Positions 11,877-23,600 of a stretch of DNA of 59,109 nt are shown here, piece after piece. How positions within the stretch are numbered: the stretch's first letter is position 1; every line of letters starts with the position of its first letter. A model generated the notes under the pieces. The model had not been told where the DNA came from. It did not search any database and was given only the letters and a program-made list of their open reading frames with translations. The DNA is from Octopus bimaculoides (taxonomy: Eukaryota): contig NC_069008.1 of assembly GCF_001194135.2 (NCBI RefSeq), forward strand, positions 10,184,708-10,243,816, in the 5' to 3' direction. The translations under genes were made by a program, and so were the position numbers.

Positions 11877-12254
11877 TGACTAAGGATGTGAATAACAACT
11901 ACATTGCTAGAAATAGGAGCTAAAGTGCACCAATGCTGTTACAAAGCACATGAACATATGCTCTGCTCTAATAGGGGCTGCAATTGCCCCAAACACCTGT
12001 TTTTATTAATTTTTTGTATACACATCAGCAATCTGCTAAATCATCCATAGATTTTTATGGTGAATATATGTACTCCGATAGTTGAGCTAGCCTGGAATCA
12101 ACCAAACGAGCTAGCCTTACTGAAGATGGCTATTGAAATAGCCAAAACTGGCCGGCCAATTTAAGGAATTCTTGGTTCAGTGATTGGGATGATTGCATTG
12201 GAGCATTTTAGCTCCTATTTCTAGCTATGTAAGTGTTTTTCACACCCTTAGTCA
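11877..12254. mobile_element. Inverted-repeat element (60-bp arms) containing a hammerhead motif; Penelope pLTR-like
   Basis: 11877-11936 is reverse-complementary to 12195-12254; (TA)n on both sides; internal HHR-like motif. Confidence 0.65.
12115..12166 (+). ncRNA. Minimal type-I hammerhead ribozyme, probably inactivated
   Basis: cctta-CTGAAGA-t-ggcta/ttgaaa/tagcc-AAAA-c-tggccggcca-ATT-taagg: stem I cctta/taagg, stem II 5 bp, palindromic stem III; G12>A and a C.A mismatch at 15.2/16.2. Confidence 0.75.
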
Positions 12255-12270
12255 GGTATATATATATCAA

Positions 12271-14310
12271 CATCGTCATCATCATCATCATTGTTTAATG
12301 TCTGCTTTCCATGTATGCATGGGTTGGATGGTTTGACTGAAGACTTGCAAGCCAGGAGGCTGCACTGGGCTCCAATCTGATCTGGCAAGGTTTCTTCAGC
12401 TGGATGCCCTTCTTAACACCAAGTACTCCAAGAGTGTAGTGGGTGCTTTTTATGTACCACCAGCATAGGAGCCAGTTAGGTGGCACTGGCATCAACCATG
12501 CTCAAATGGTGCTTTTTACGTGCCATGGGCACAGAAGCCAGCTAGGCGGCACTGGCATCACTCATGCTTAAATGGTGCTTTGTACATGCCTCCGGCACAG
12601 GTGCCAGTCAGGCAACACTGGCATCAGCCATGACTACAATTTCCCTTGACTCAACAGGTCTTCTTAAGCACTACATATTGCCCAACAATTGAAGGGTACT
12701 TTTTAATGGGCCAGTTATGCGACACTGGCATTGGCCACAGCCACGATGTCACTTAAGCACAACATATCTCCAGAGGTCTCAGTCACTTGTCATTGCCTCT
12801 GTAAGGCCCAATGTTCAAAGGCCATGCATCACCACTTTGTCCCATGTCTCCCTGGGTCTACCTCTTCCACAGGTTCCGTCTACTGTTAGGGTGTGACACT
12901 TCTTCACACAGCTGTCCTCATCCATACATAACACATGACCAGCTCAGTCATCTCTCTTGCACACCACATCTGATGCTTCTTATGTCCAACTTTTCTTTCA
13001 GGGCACTTATACTCTGTCAAGTATGCACACTGACATTACACACCCAGCGGAGAATACTAGCTTCATTTCTTTCAAGCCTACACATGTCCTCAGCAGTCAC
13101 AGCCCATGTTTCACTGCTATGTAGCATGGCTGTTTGCGCATATGCATCATTCAGTTTACCTTTCACTCTGAGCGAAAGGCTCTTTGTTACCAGCAGAGCT
13201 AGGATCTCTCTGAACTATGTCCAGGCTATTCTTATTCTAGCAGCTACACTTTCAGAGCATCCACCCCCACTACTGATTTGGTCACTTAGGTAATGGAAGC
13301 TATCAACTACTTCTAGTTTTTCCCCTGGCGTGTGATGGAATCTGTTTTCTGTACATCTTTGGTGTTTATTACCCCTGTGCATCTGCCATACACAAAAACT
13401 ATCTTCCTAGTTAACCTTCCTTTGATATTGTCCATAACTTACACTGGATACGTCTTAAGGAGTGCCTTTTCTACAAATCGAGCTGGGCTATCTACCTGAA
13501 GGGATTTGTGATTTGTCTGCCTTCCTACTTACTAAGACTTTGGTTTTTGCTACATTGACTCTAAGGCCCTTCGATTCTAATCCTTGCTTCCACACCTGAA
13601 ACTTCTCTAGTTCTGGTAGTGACTCAGCTATTAGAGCAAGGTCATCAGCATAGAGGGGCAGCCTCTCTTCAATCCCTCTGTTATTGCTTGGAGGACTATG
13701 ATGAATTAGAGGGGGCTGAGGACTGATCCTTGGTGAGCCCCTACTTCTACCCAGAATTCATCACTAGTTGCCAATGCTCACCTTACTGACAGCATCCCTG
13801 TACAGGGCTTGTACAGCTCTCACCCACCACTCACCTATCCCTAGTTTCTGCACTTACCACCAGATAAGGGATCAGGGGACTCTGTCAAAAGCTTTTTCCG
13901 TGTCAACAAAAGCCAAGTACAGAGGTTTATCTTTGGCTAGGAATTTCTCTTGCAGTTGCCTTACCAGAAATATAGCATCAGTAGTGCTTCTCCCTGGCAC
14001 AAACCCAAACTGCATCTCATCTAAACTAATTCTCTCCCTAATTAGTTGGGTTATGACCCTCTCTATGACTATCATCACCTGATCCAACAATTTGATACCT
14101 CTGTAATTATTGCTATCTAATGCATCACCTTTACCTTTGTAGCAATTGATTATGGCAATTGACTATGGTGCTGCTACACCAGTCATTGGGTATGATGCCT
14201 TCATGTATCAACTGGTTGACTAGACTATAGCCCACACCACCAGATATTTTAAACCTCTCAGCAGTGATTCCTGATGGGCTGGGGGCTTTCCTTGTCTTCA
14301 TCAATAATAT
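12271..14310 (-). mobile_element. RTE-clade LINE, 5'-truncated, (GAT)n tail
   Basis: DEMQFGFVPGRSTTDAIFLVRQLQEK..AFVDTEKAFDRVP, YADD region; (CAT)n at 12271-12290 is the 3' tail. Confidence 0.9.
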
Positions 14311-15044
14311 TTTTGTACGTACCTGACGCACATGTCACGCTTAAGAGAAAGAAATTGTTGAAAGAAATTTTGTTGCTTAAATAAAATTTTTTAACTTGTA
14401 ATTTCTGAAAGAGATTAACACTCATGCCTACTGGTCCACTGAAGCAGCAACGATCTTAACAGGAAAATTAAGATACTTAAACTTAACATGTTTGTTGAAC
14501 AAGGGGGAGAGGAAGTGAGAAAGAAAGCGAGAGTGAGAGGAAGTGGCTGAATTCCTTTCAATTCCTTTCTATGATTGAAATGAAATTGACCCCTGGCTAT
14601 TAAAGGCCCAACCATACACACACGCAACACACACACATATTTGTTTTACGTCTTCTACCCATTTGAATTCAACCATACACCAGNNNNNNNNNNNNNNNNN
14701 NNNNNNNNNNNNNNNNNNNNNNNNNNNNNNNNNNNNNNNNNNNNNNNNNNNNNNNNNNNNNNNNNNNNNNNNNNNNNNNNNNNNNNNNNNNNNNNNNNNN
14801 NNNNNNNNNNNNNNNNNNNNNNNNTTCCAATTTCTTTTTTCTTGTATCAAGTAATGGATGAAAGCATTAAAAAAAATTAAATTCATAGAGCCGAACAAAA
14901 TCAAAAATATTAATTCTATTTTTTTCCCTTCCCTTAATACTAACAAGAGCATAGTATGAGAGAGATTTGGATGTTATTTTTAACAAATTGTTGTTGATTT
15001 GTATAAGTAAACAAAAACTGAACACATACACACATATATATGAA

Positions 15045-15245
15045 TGTGTTTGTATTTGTCCCCCCCCCCAACCCCATTGCTTGACGACCGATGTTGGTGC
15101 ATCCCTGTAACTTAGCTGCTCAGCAGAAGATACTGATAGAATAAGCACCAGGCTTACAGGGAATAAATCCAAGGGTCAATTTCTTCGACTAAACAGTGGT
15201 GCTCCAGCATGGCCTCTGTCAAATGACCGAAACAAGTAAAAGAAT
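15045..15245 (+). mobile_element. SINE-like repeat
   Basis: Same family as 399-598. Confidence 0.75.
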
Positions 15246-15915
15246 ACGAGAAAAACGTTCCTTACCACTAAACCAAGTTGGTTCTCTGAATATGTACAAT
15301 GTATTCTTAGGTTAAATAGTAATTCCGTTTACGTTTGTGTATCTGAGATATTTTGGCTGGATTATATAGTTATCAGTTTTACTCTTCTTTCTATATTCTG
15401 TAACTATCACAATATACTTTTCTACTATAGGCACAAGTTCTTGAAATTTTTGTCGGGAGGGAGCCAGTCAATTAGGTCGACCCCAGTATGCAACTGGTAC
15501 TTAAGTCGACCTCAGCAAAATTTGAACTCAGACTATAAAAACAGACAAAATACCGCTAAGCATTTCACCTGGCATGCTAACGATTCTGCCAGCTCACCAC
15601 CTTTAATTGTCACAATATAAAAACATTTCTCATGGCATCAGCACACAATTTACAGACGCTTACATTTTTTATATTTTCTGTGAAATTTTCACAGGTTCAC
15701 CTAGTATCTCATAATTGCTTTATCTACCAAGGTACTGCTAATTCAAATCCCAGGTCCCTCTGTTGGTTTGAAATTTGGCAGACACTCTTTCTCCCATTCT
15801 TTTCATTTCGCAACCTTTCATAGTGGCATCTCCAAGTCTCTCGCTTTGCAGTATATATAGATGTGTGTGTGTGTGTATATGTGTATATACATATGTATGT
15901 GCATATGTGTGTGTG

Positions 15916-15946
<31 letters not shown>

Positions 15947-16050
15947 ATGTGTGTATTTATAGATTTATACCAAAATTTGGTAAAAATATTGTATCTGTTA
16001 TCAAACATAGCAAAATTCTCACATGTAAGTTTTTGTATGTATATCACTTA

Positions 16051-16342
16051 AAATAAGAGCTAAAAGATGATCCATTGTAAAAGCTTTATTATGACCTATG
16101 ATCATTTCGATGCAATATCCAGACCAATTCATGCATATTATAAAATATGGAATATTGTATCTCTTCAGGGTCAGATTAATTCATAGCAGACAGATAGTAC
16201 TGTCTGCTATGAATTAATCTGACCCTGAAGAGATACAATATTCCATATTTTATAATATGCATGAATTGGTCTGGATATTGCATCGAAATGATCATAGGTC
16301 ATAATAAAGCTTTTACAATGGATCATCTTTTAGCTCTTATTT
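16051..16342. repeat. Perfect 142-bp inverted repeat with 8-nt spacer
   Basis: 16051-16192 is the exact reverse complement of 16201-16342; spacer gatagtac; followed by a long (TA)n. Confidence 0.97.
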
Positions 16343-16344
16343 AA

Positions 16345-16432
<88 letters not shown>

Positions 16433-16739
16433 TTTATATACTGTAGAGCTTTGGCAACCAATGAACAATTCCCTGTGGCCAAGATTGCTGAACTAAAGAA
16501 ATTAAAAACATGTGCAACTGATAAGCAGGTAGGTGCCAAGCCATTATTATTGTTGTTGTTATTGCTGTAAAATACCTGTCAAACCGGGTAATGAATGGCT
16601 GTGTGGTTAAAAGATTACTTCCTAATCACATCTTTCAAGATTTGATCTGTGTGGCAAATGGGGCAAGTTCCTTGTACTAGAGCCTTGGATTGTGAATGGA
16701 ATTTAGCAGGCAGAGACTGTACAAAATTACCATATATAT

Positions 16740-16950
16740 GTCATCATCACCATTTAATGTCCATACTCTATGCTGACATGGGTTGGGCAGTTTTAAAGGA
16801 TCCAATAGGTCTAAGAACTGCTTTATGCTTCTGTGTCAACTTTGTTATGGTTTCTACAGGTGAATGCCCTTCCTAATACCAACCACTTTACAGTATGTAG
16901 TGAGTACTATTTCTGTGCCACACTACTAATGAGGTCACCATGTAGCTTGG
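16740..16950 (-). mobile_element. RTE LINE 3'-end fragment
   Basis: catcatcaccatttaatgtcc..tgcccttcctaataccaaccact, same as the 12271 tail region; similar fragments at about 19960, 28130-28700, 38590, 39790, 42950, 49300, 57520. Confidence 0.75.
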
Positions 16951-17749
16951 AACACTACAAAACCTGAGGTGGATAGAAAGAAGACAACTTTATGTTAGGA
17001 GAGGAGGGGTTAAAGTATGTGAAAGTGGAAGAAGCAGGTTGTTGTTGTAGTAGAGCTACATGGCCATTCACAGAGGAGAAGAGTGAGGATGTTTGGTAGG
17101 AGCAGCAAAGAGATAAATATAAATAGAAGTGTTTGGGTGTCCAGGTGGCTCTTCGAAGTACAAGGTGAGTAGATGTGAATGGGGACAGAGGAACTAGAAG
17201 TATGGTTGTTTGTATCATATGTACATGCATATGTATGTATGTAAATATATATGTCTGTATGTGTATATGTGAATGTTTACATTCAGTGATGTCTACACAT
17301 GAAATTACTGGAGTAAATGCAGTAACATTATGTTAACAATTCCTATAGCTTCATGTTTTTTGGAAACCTATTGAATAAAAATCCCTTATTTGCAACGCAA
17401 ATAAGAATTTGTGACAATAGAAACATCCAGCTGTAAAATAATGCCTTAATATGATTTTGTCTCGCTTATGCTAGAATGGAACAACAGGTGTTTTGCAAAC
17501 AAGTTATATACAGAGTTTCAGGTTCAGTTCTTGAGCAACTTGCTTCTACTAAAGCTCTGAGCCAGCAAATACCTTGTGAATTAATTTCAAAAAAAGAAAA
17601 CAGTGGAAGCTTGTTGCATGTGAGTGTGTGTATAGAGAGAGAGAGAGAGTGTGTGTGTGTGTGTGTGTGTGTGTGCATGTGTGTATTAGCATTATTTAGT
17701 ATCCCCTTTTCTATCTTGCATGGTCTGACAGAATTTATCAGCAGATTTT

Positions 17750-18660
17750 TTGACAACTGAGGTCCGTCAGGGTTGTGTCTTGGCTCCCACTCTGTTCAGT
17801 ACCTGCATGGATTAGATATGTGACCAAATGGTGGCTCAATCAAGTTGTGATGCACTCATTGGTGAAACTAAGATTACAGACCTATATTTTGCTGATGACT
17901 CAGTTATTTTTGCTGAGTCTCTGAATGTCTTAAGGAACACTCCCTTTTCACTGAGTGAGAACCACTTGTCAAATTAAAATAAGAAATCCAGTCCTTCTTT
18001 GGCTTCTTGGAGGACTCCACCTCGTCTATGTTGTCGGTGAAATTCTTGAAGTTGTTGACCAGTTCACTTATTCTGATCTTGGCAGTGAGATTCATATCAG
18101 CTTTAGTTATGAATCTGAAGTCCTTAAAAAACTTGGACAAGCCAGTACAGCTGTGGAGTCATTGGACAAGGATGTTTGACACTGCCAATATCTGTGCAGG
18201 AGGACAAAGTTTCAGGTCTTTAGATCTCTAGTCCTCCCTGTCCTGCTCTATAGTTGTGAGATTTGGATACTGTTTGAGGACTCTTGGGTTTCTCCTGAAC
18301 TCCTTTGGTACCAGGACACTTCATATAATTATGGGTTACCATTGGTCAGATTTCATATCCAGCCAACAAGTCTACTCAGAAACTGTGATGCATCCAGTTA
18401 CTTGTATGATTCAGCAGCACCAGCTCAGACTGCTTGGACATGTTGTTTGATTTTCCAAGTTAGACGCTGCTTACCATATTCTCTTCACTGAGGATCCAGC
18501 TCAGTTGACAGCCACAGGGTCATGGTAGATGATGAGATGTATCATGGAGATGGGGACTGACTTGGACTCTGCTCAACAGGTCAGTCACCAGTCAGGACCC
18601 AGGCTACACCAACAAATTGTGAATGTAGCAACACACTGCAATGGCACATATCCCCACAGC
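17750..18660 (+). mobile_element. Degenerate RTE-like LINE (second family), RT C-terminal part
   Basis: QGCVLAPTLF-like, DLYFADDS and FTYL/SDLG motifs and QLRLLGHV; many stops. Confidence 0.7.
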
Positions 18661-18904
18661 TGATCTCACCTGTTTCCAAGCAAAGTAATGTTTCCTATGA
18701 CCAGACATGTTTCCACAGAAGATTGGAAATGAAGAACACTGCTTGCAAGACATTAACATTCTAATTAGTTATATTCAATATATATATTCTTTAAATATTT
18801 AAATTGAAATGTTTTTGCTTTTCTTTTTAGAAAGGAAAATTACATCGAAATGTTACCTGAATGACTTAAAATTAAAAAGAATTCTTTTAATTCTTCTGTT
18901 GCAG

Positions 18905-19301
18905 CAGCTACCAAATGCCAAAGTGGCAGAGCACCTAGTGCAAAGTCTACAGGAATGTTCCAGTATGCAGGAAATAGTGCAGACAGTCTACAAATGTGGG
19001 AATGAGATCTCCGAAAGCAAGATACGTGAATTTGAGATTGAATTTGAACGCCTGAATAGCAAAATTGATCACTGGAGATCTCAGTATGGACTGTTGGCAT
19101 TAAACCTGGAGGAAAGCAAGACCCTTACCGACCGACTAAGTGTGCTCATTGGCAAGTATGAATCAAACAACACAGCACTCCAGCTGGCCATCAACTACTC
19201 TGATCAGGCAATTGAGGCATGTGAGGTGTTGTGTGCTGTTATGGAGAGTGAACATGGTTTCAATCTGGCTAACTTTCACGCCAGTGGTCTTAGTGGTTTT
19301 G
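18905..19301 (+). CDS. MCC: MCC / USHBP1-family coiled-coil protein, internal exon
   Basis: QLPNAKVAEHLVQSLQECSSMQEIVQTVY..ESKIREFEIEFERLNSKID..GKYESNNTALQLAINYSDQAIEA closely matches recalled human MCC VAEHLAHSLQDCSNIQEI..ESKIREFEVETERLNSRIE..GKYESNATALRLALQYSEQCIEA; acceptor ttgcag|cag, donor g|gtaagt (phase 1). Confidence 0.93.
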
Positions 19302-19551
19302 GTAAGTTTTGTTCTGTTGATTCTGCTATTGTGGCTGTTGTTTAAACCCAGGTCAGTCCTGCTCCAGCAGTTGTATATTCAAATGATATGTGGGGGGTTC
19401 TCTGGGATTGATCATGTAATGTAGACAGTTATGATGACTACAACAAGGGTTAACAATCTATTAAAGCTGTTCATGATTTTTTCAGTCCATGAAGAAATAG
19501 TTTTGATCTGTTTGTATGACTACTTTAAGGTTTACATATATATATATATGT

Positions 19552-19945
19552 GGTTCAGGCATGGCTTGTGGTAAGACTCTTGCTTCATAACCACATTGTT
19601 CCGGGTTCAGTCCCACAGCATGGCACTTTTGGCAAGTGTCTTCTACTATAGCCTCAGGCCTTATGAATGGATTTGGTAGATAGAAACTGGAAGAAGCCTG
19701 TTGTGTGTGCGTGTGTGTGTGTATCTTTGTGTTTGTCCCCTACCACCACTTGACAACCGGTGTTGGTATGTTTACATCCCTGTAACTTAGTGATTCAACA
19801 AAAGATTCCAATAGAATAAGCACCAGGCTTGGCAAAAAAATTAGTACTGGGGTTCAATTCATTTGACTAAAAATTCTTCAAAGCAGTGACCCACCATGGC
19901 CACAGTCTAATGACTACAACAAGTAAAAGACAAAACATAAAAGAT
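19552..19945 (+). mobile_element. tRNA-headed SINE
   Basis: A-box-like tggcttgtgg and B-box-like gggttcagtccc at the 5' end; body as in 399-598. Confidence 0.75.
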
Positions 19946-20452
19946 ATATAATCACTATCATTAACATCATCATCATTATTTAACATCTGTTTCCCACGCT
20001 GACATATGTTGGACAGTTTGACAGGCACCAGCAGATCAGAAGACTGCACCAAGCTCTACTGTCTGTTTTCGCATGGTTTCTATGGCTGGATACACTTCCT
20101 AACACCAACCACTTTAAAGAGTGTGAATGTCTACAGTAGCAGTGAGGGCAACCAATAGCTTATAAGAGAGGATTCCTCAACAAAGGGGTATTGAAGGAGG
20201 TGGCTTTGTTCCAAGTGAGGAAAAGTTAAAGTATGAACCTAGAGAAAGAAATAGCTGTCTTGCAATAAAGGAGATACATGGCCGCCTCAGTTGGAGGGTG
20301 TAAGAGAGAGAAAAAGAGGATCAAAACAGTAAAGATGTGATGGGGGTCACACTTATGTTACAGGGAAGTGCATGTAAGTGAAGTGTAACCAAGGATAGGA
20401 TAGGTTGAGTGGATAGGTAACTTTACAAGATTATTAAAGGTGCAATATATAG

Positions 20453-20483
<31 letters not shown>

Positions 20484-20555
20484 GCATATATATATATATA
20501 TATACATGTGCATATATATATATATATACATGTGCATATATATATNNNNNNNNNN

Positions 20556-21014
20556 TCAAACCTTCGCAAACATATACTATTTCAGTGAAACACATTCACT
20601 GATTACAAAAATTAGAAATAATACATTTCTAAATCTCTTAGAGAGACTTACGCAGTAGTGATGTGATAAAGTAGTTGTATACTGCCAACTTAACGTGACA
20701 GTCCCAATAAGGGAATATACGGGAATATACTACTGCTATTTAGCTCTAGGAAGCTGGACCGCTTCCTGTCGGCGTTGACACATTTCCTGTGTCCTTATGT
20801 TTGCGAGGGAGAGACAAACTCCTCCACACAGCCTAGCCTGCATTCAGGGACATGTTTCTGAGTCTTTGCTTGTCATCAGCCTGAAGTAGCATGACCAGCT
20901 GGTTGAAAAGGTCTGTCAAACCTTCGCAAACATATACTATTTCAGTGAAACACATTCACTGATTACAAAAATTAGAAATAATACATTTCTAAATCTCTCA
21001 GAGAGACTTAAGCA
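20556..21014 (-). repeat. 360-bp tandem unit (about 1.3 copies visible) carrying a hammerhead ribozyme; retrozyme/pLTR-like
   Basis: 20556-20650 repeats at 20916-21010 (1 mismatch in 95); HHR inside the unit; array cut by the N-gap at 20546-20555. Confidence 0.75.
20843..20885 (-). ncRNA. Minimal type-I hammerhead ribozyme with intact catalytic core
   Basis: Minus strand: ttcagg-CTGATGA-caagcaaagactca-GAAA-C-AT-GTC-cctgaa: 6-bp stem I, palindromic stem III (ACATGT), GUC triplet; stem II weakened. Confidence 0.8.
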
Positions 21015-21119
21015 GAGAGACTTAATACATTTAGAGAGACTTAATGCATTTAGAGAGACTTAATACATTTAGAGAGACTTAATACATTTAGAGAGACTTA
21101 ATTCATTTAGAGAGACTTT
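20998..21119. repeat. 19-bp minisatellite (agagagacttaatacattt)n, about 6 copies
   Basis: Direct tandem repeats visible; the unit joins two motifs present in the adjacent 360-bp repeat. Confidence 0.9.
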
Positions 21120-21289
21120 GAAATCCTAAAAATGCACCCCAAATGACCTAGACTTATGGATGTAAAGAATTGGATAACGAATGAGAAAGTAGAGGTATCC
21201 ATATTGCAGAAAGTAAGGTACATGGAAAGAAAGCTGCTTCATTGTGAAAAGCATCATCTCTAATGTTTGGGCAGACTGCACACTTCAAT

Positions 21290-23600
21290 ATATGTTAAGT
21301 GAAGCCGACAATGCTTCTGGGTAAACTATGTTTTGCGTAAGCCCAGTGTTGGTAGAATAAATATACAAGTCATCTGCATTGCTAACTCAAGAGCATGCGA
21401 CATACAGTTGTCCATGAAAAAAAGCAGCGTAGATGTAAATTGAGGCCCACAATTTTTAAAGTTTGACCCTGAACTTTGTTGATCATCATAGCAAAGCACA
21501 ATTGCACTGGGAACTGGAGGCGCTTGAAATGAAATGGCATATTTGAGGGAATAAGGGGCATGCATGGAATGTATGCAAGCTCTCCTTCATGGCAACCAGC
21601 AATAATGGTTGCTTCTAGGACATGACTTGTCATTGTAGTTATAATCAATCTTGTACCATTGCAAAGTCATGATGGTTCCAAATTCCTCAAGTGCATGATA
21701 GATGCACCTTTCTTTAGGAACAACGTATGTGGTGGCAGTCCTGTGGGTTGTAGAGAGTTGAGAAATTCAACTGGATTCTCCACAGCGGCATGTTCGTTAT
21801 TAGTATCAATGGAGACAAACGTTGAAGCATGTCCAGTTAGAATGTGGAGGAGTTCATGGTTTACTTTATCAACGCTTTCATTCCGAGGTGCTAAAATAGC
21901 TCTCTCTGCAAACCATGCTATGTTTTTGAAATTGTCTTGCAATGTGGGAAATACCTTTTCTTTAAGCTCAGCCAATATAGGCACCATGTGCCCACATTAC
22001 AGTACATGCTACATTCAAAAGTAAGGTGCCATTTCCAATTTGTAGAAGTTGATCAGAGAATTCCTCTGCTAAGGGGTCGTTGTAGAGATGATCTCGCATA
22101 TTCTTGCTTAAGACTTTAGACATGCATAGATCTCATCAGCTCATGCACCCCGTGGTATGACTGGTAATATTTGATGGAAATCCCCTACAAGTACAACATT
22201 TAAGCCCCCATAATGGCAGTACTGTTTCTAATATCCCTTACTGGCCTATCTAGGGCTTCTAGTGCACCATGGAGTTCCATCATGCATTCATCCCAGACAA
22301 TAAGTGTAGTTTGTTAGCAGAACTTCCACTGTCAGTGATCATTTTGAAATACTGCACATTTGGGCATCCGTTGAAGTCAAATTGAAAGGTAATTTGAACA
22401 TTGAGTGAGCTGTTCGTCCACCTGTTAACAAAGTTGCCGCTATCCCTGATGATGTGACAGCAATCACTATGTTTCCCATCAACCTTATTTTTGCCACAAG
22501 TAGGTTAAGTAGAAACATTTTCCCCATTCCTCCTGGTGCATCAGTGAAGAAAAGATGTCCTTCTCCTTGCAATGTAGACACTACTATTTCATTGTAAACA
22601 GACCTTTGCTCAGCTTGCAATAATGGTTTACTTTCATCAAGTTGCCTTTTCAGGGCATCCAAGTTGTATGCTCTTTCTCGAATGACTTCTCTTGAAAGGC
22701 CGTGATGTTCAGCTGAAGGTGTTGGAATGCCGTAGTTGGATAAGCTTTTGGCCCCAATGGAATTAAGCATGTCTTCTAAATGCAATAATGCTTCGGTGTA
22801 TATAACCTCCAAGTAGGAGATACTTAGCCCATGCAACCGTCCAGCTCCATGAAGGATGTCATCAGATAAGCTGTCTTTGTGGCTTTCCCAAAGTTGTAGT
22901 GGATTCAGTAAATCGCAATGGCACAACATGATGGCAAAGAATCATCTTAGTTGGTAAGCTGTGCATGCGGTTGCTACGTCAGAAAGTGCTAAACTCTAGT
23001 GACTGCCATCTTTGAGAAGACCTTGTAGTTGGCAGGCTTGTTGAAATGTTTCGCAAATCAAGGAGTTTATCATTTTAAGGTCTTTGAATGACATTGGTCC
23101 AGCAACTTTGTGGAGGAGCATCCGGAGACAGTAGCATTCAAAGTTTTTGGGGTGGACTATATAAACTCGACCTGGAGCATTACTTTTTTTTATGTGTGGC
23201 TACTCTTCGATGGTTACACCAAGCTTTCTCCTCTTCCACTTCTTAACATGGTTATTCCAGGCGTAATACTTCAGTACGTCTGAGTAGAAGATAGTCACAG
23301 CAAATGCATCACATCTACACAGGTCAAAGAATGCTGTGAAAGTCATCACATCTGAAAGGCCAAAGACAGCCATGTCAGACCCTTTGTTTATATATTTGCA
23401 TGCATACTTGATGGAGAGAACAGAATTGCAAAATTCCACATCAACGTGTGCCTTAAAATCTCGTAGCAATAGAAGACTATATGGAATGATCCATCTGTTG
23501 TCTACAACAACTGGACTTTCTTGTGGTCGAAGAATGAAATGGAATCCACCGTCTCCCAGTTTGCATCGTTTGTATGTTGGATATCCATCATGTCCAGTGT
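21290..23600 (-). mobile_element. Degenerate Helitron Rep/Pif1-helicase
   Basis: GYPTYKR..GG, DNRWIIPYS..AHVDVEFCNSVLSIKYACKYINKGSD (Rep); DAPGGMGKMF, SSGIAATLLTGGRTAHSMFKLP, RAILAPRNESV, LPPHTLFLKKGASIMHLRNL, QFPVQLCFAMMINKVQGQTL (helicase). Confidence 0.92.

Noticed and set aside
15724-16056. ORFs rich in YI/HT/CV repeats (also 20440, 39144, 39613, 58700)
   Set aside because: Translations of (TA)n/(TG)n microsatellites.
16225-16260. CTGAAGA in the perfect hairpin as a hammerhead core
   Set aside because: No stem II or GAAA follows.
17475-17619. Possible upstream MCC exon (phase-0 gcat|gtgagt donor)
   Set aside because: The peptide has no recognisable MCC similarity and the donor comes from a GT-rich microsatellite edge.
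19552-19630. Possible tRNA gene
   Set aside because: A/B boxes only, no cloverleaf, and continuous with a SINE body.
20998-21119. Possible CRISPR-like array
   Set aside because: Contiguous 19-bp tandem units with no unique spacers, eukaryotic context.
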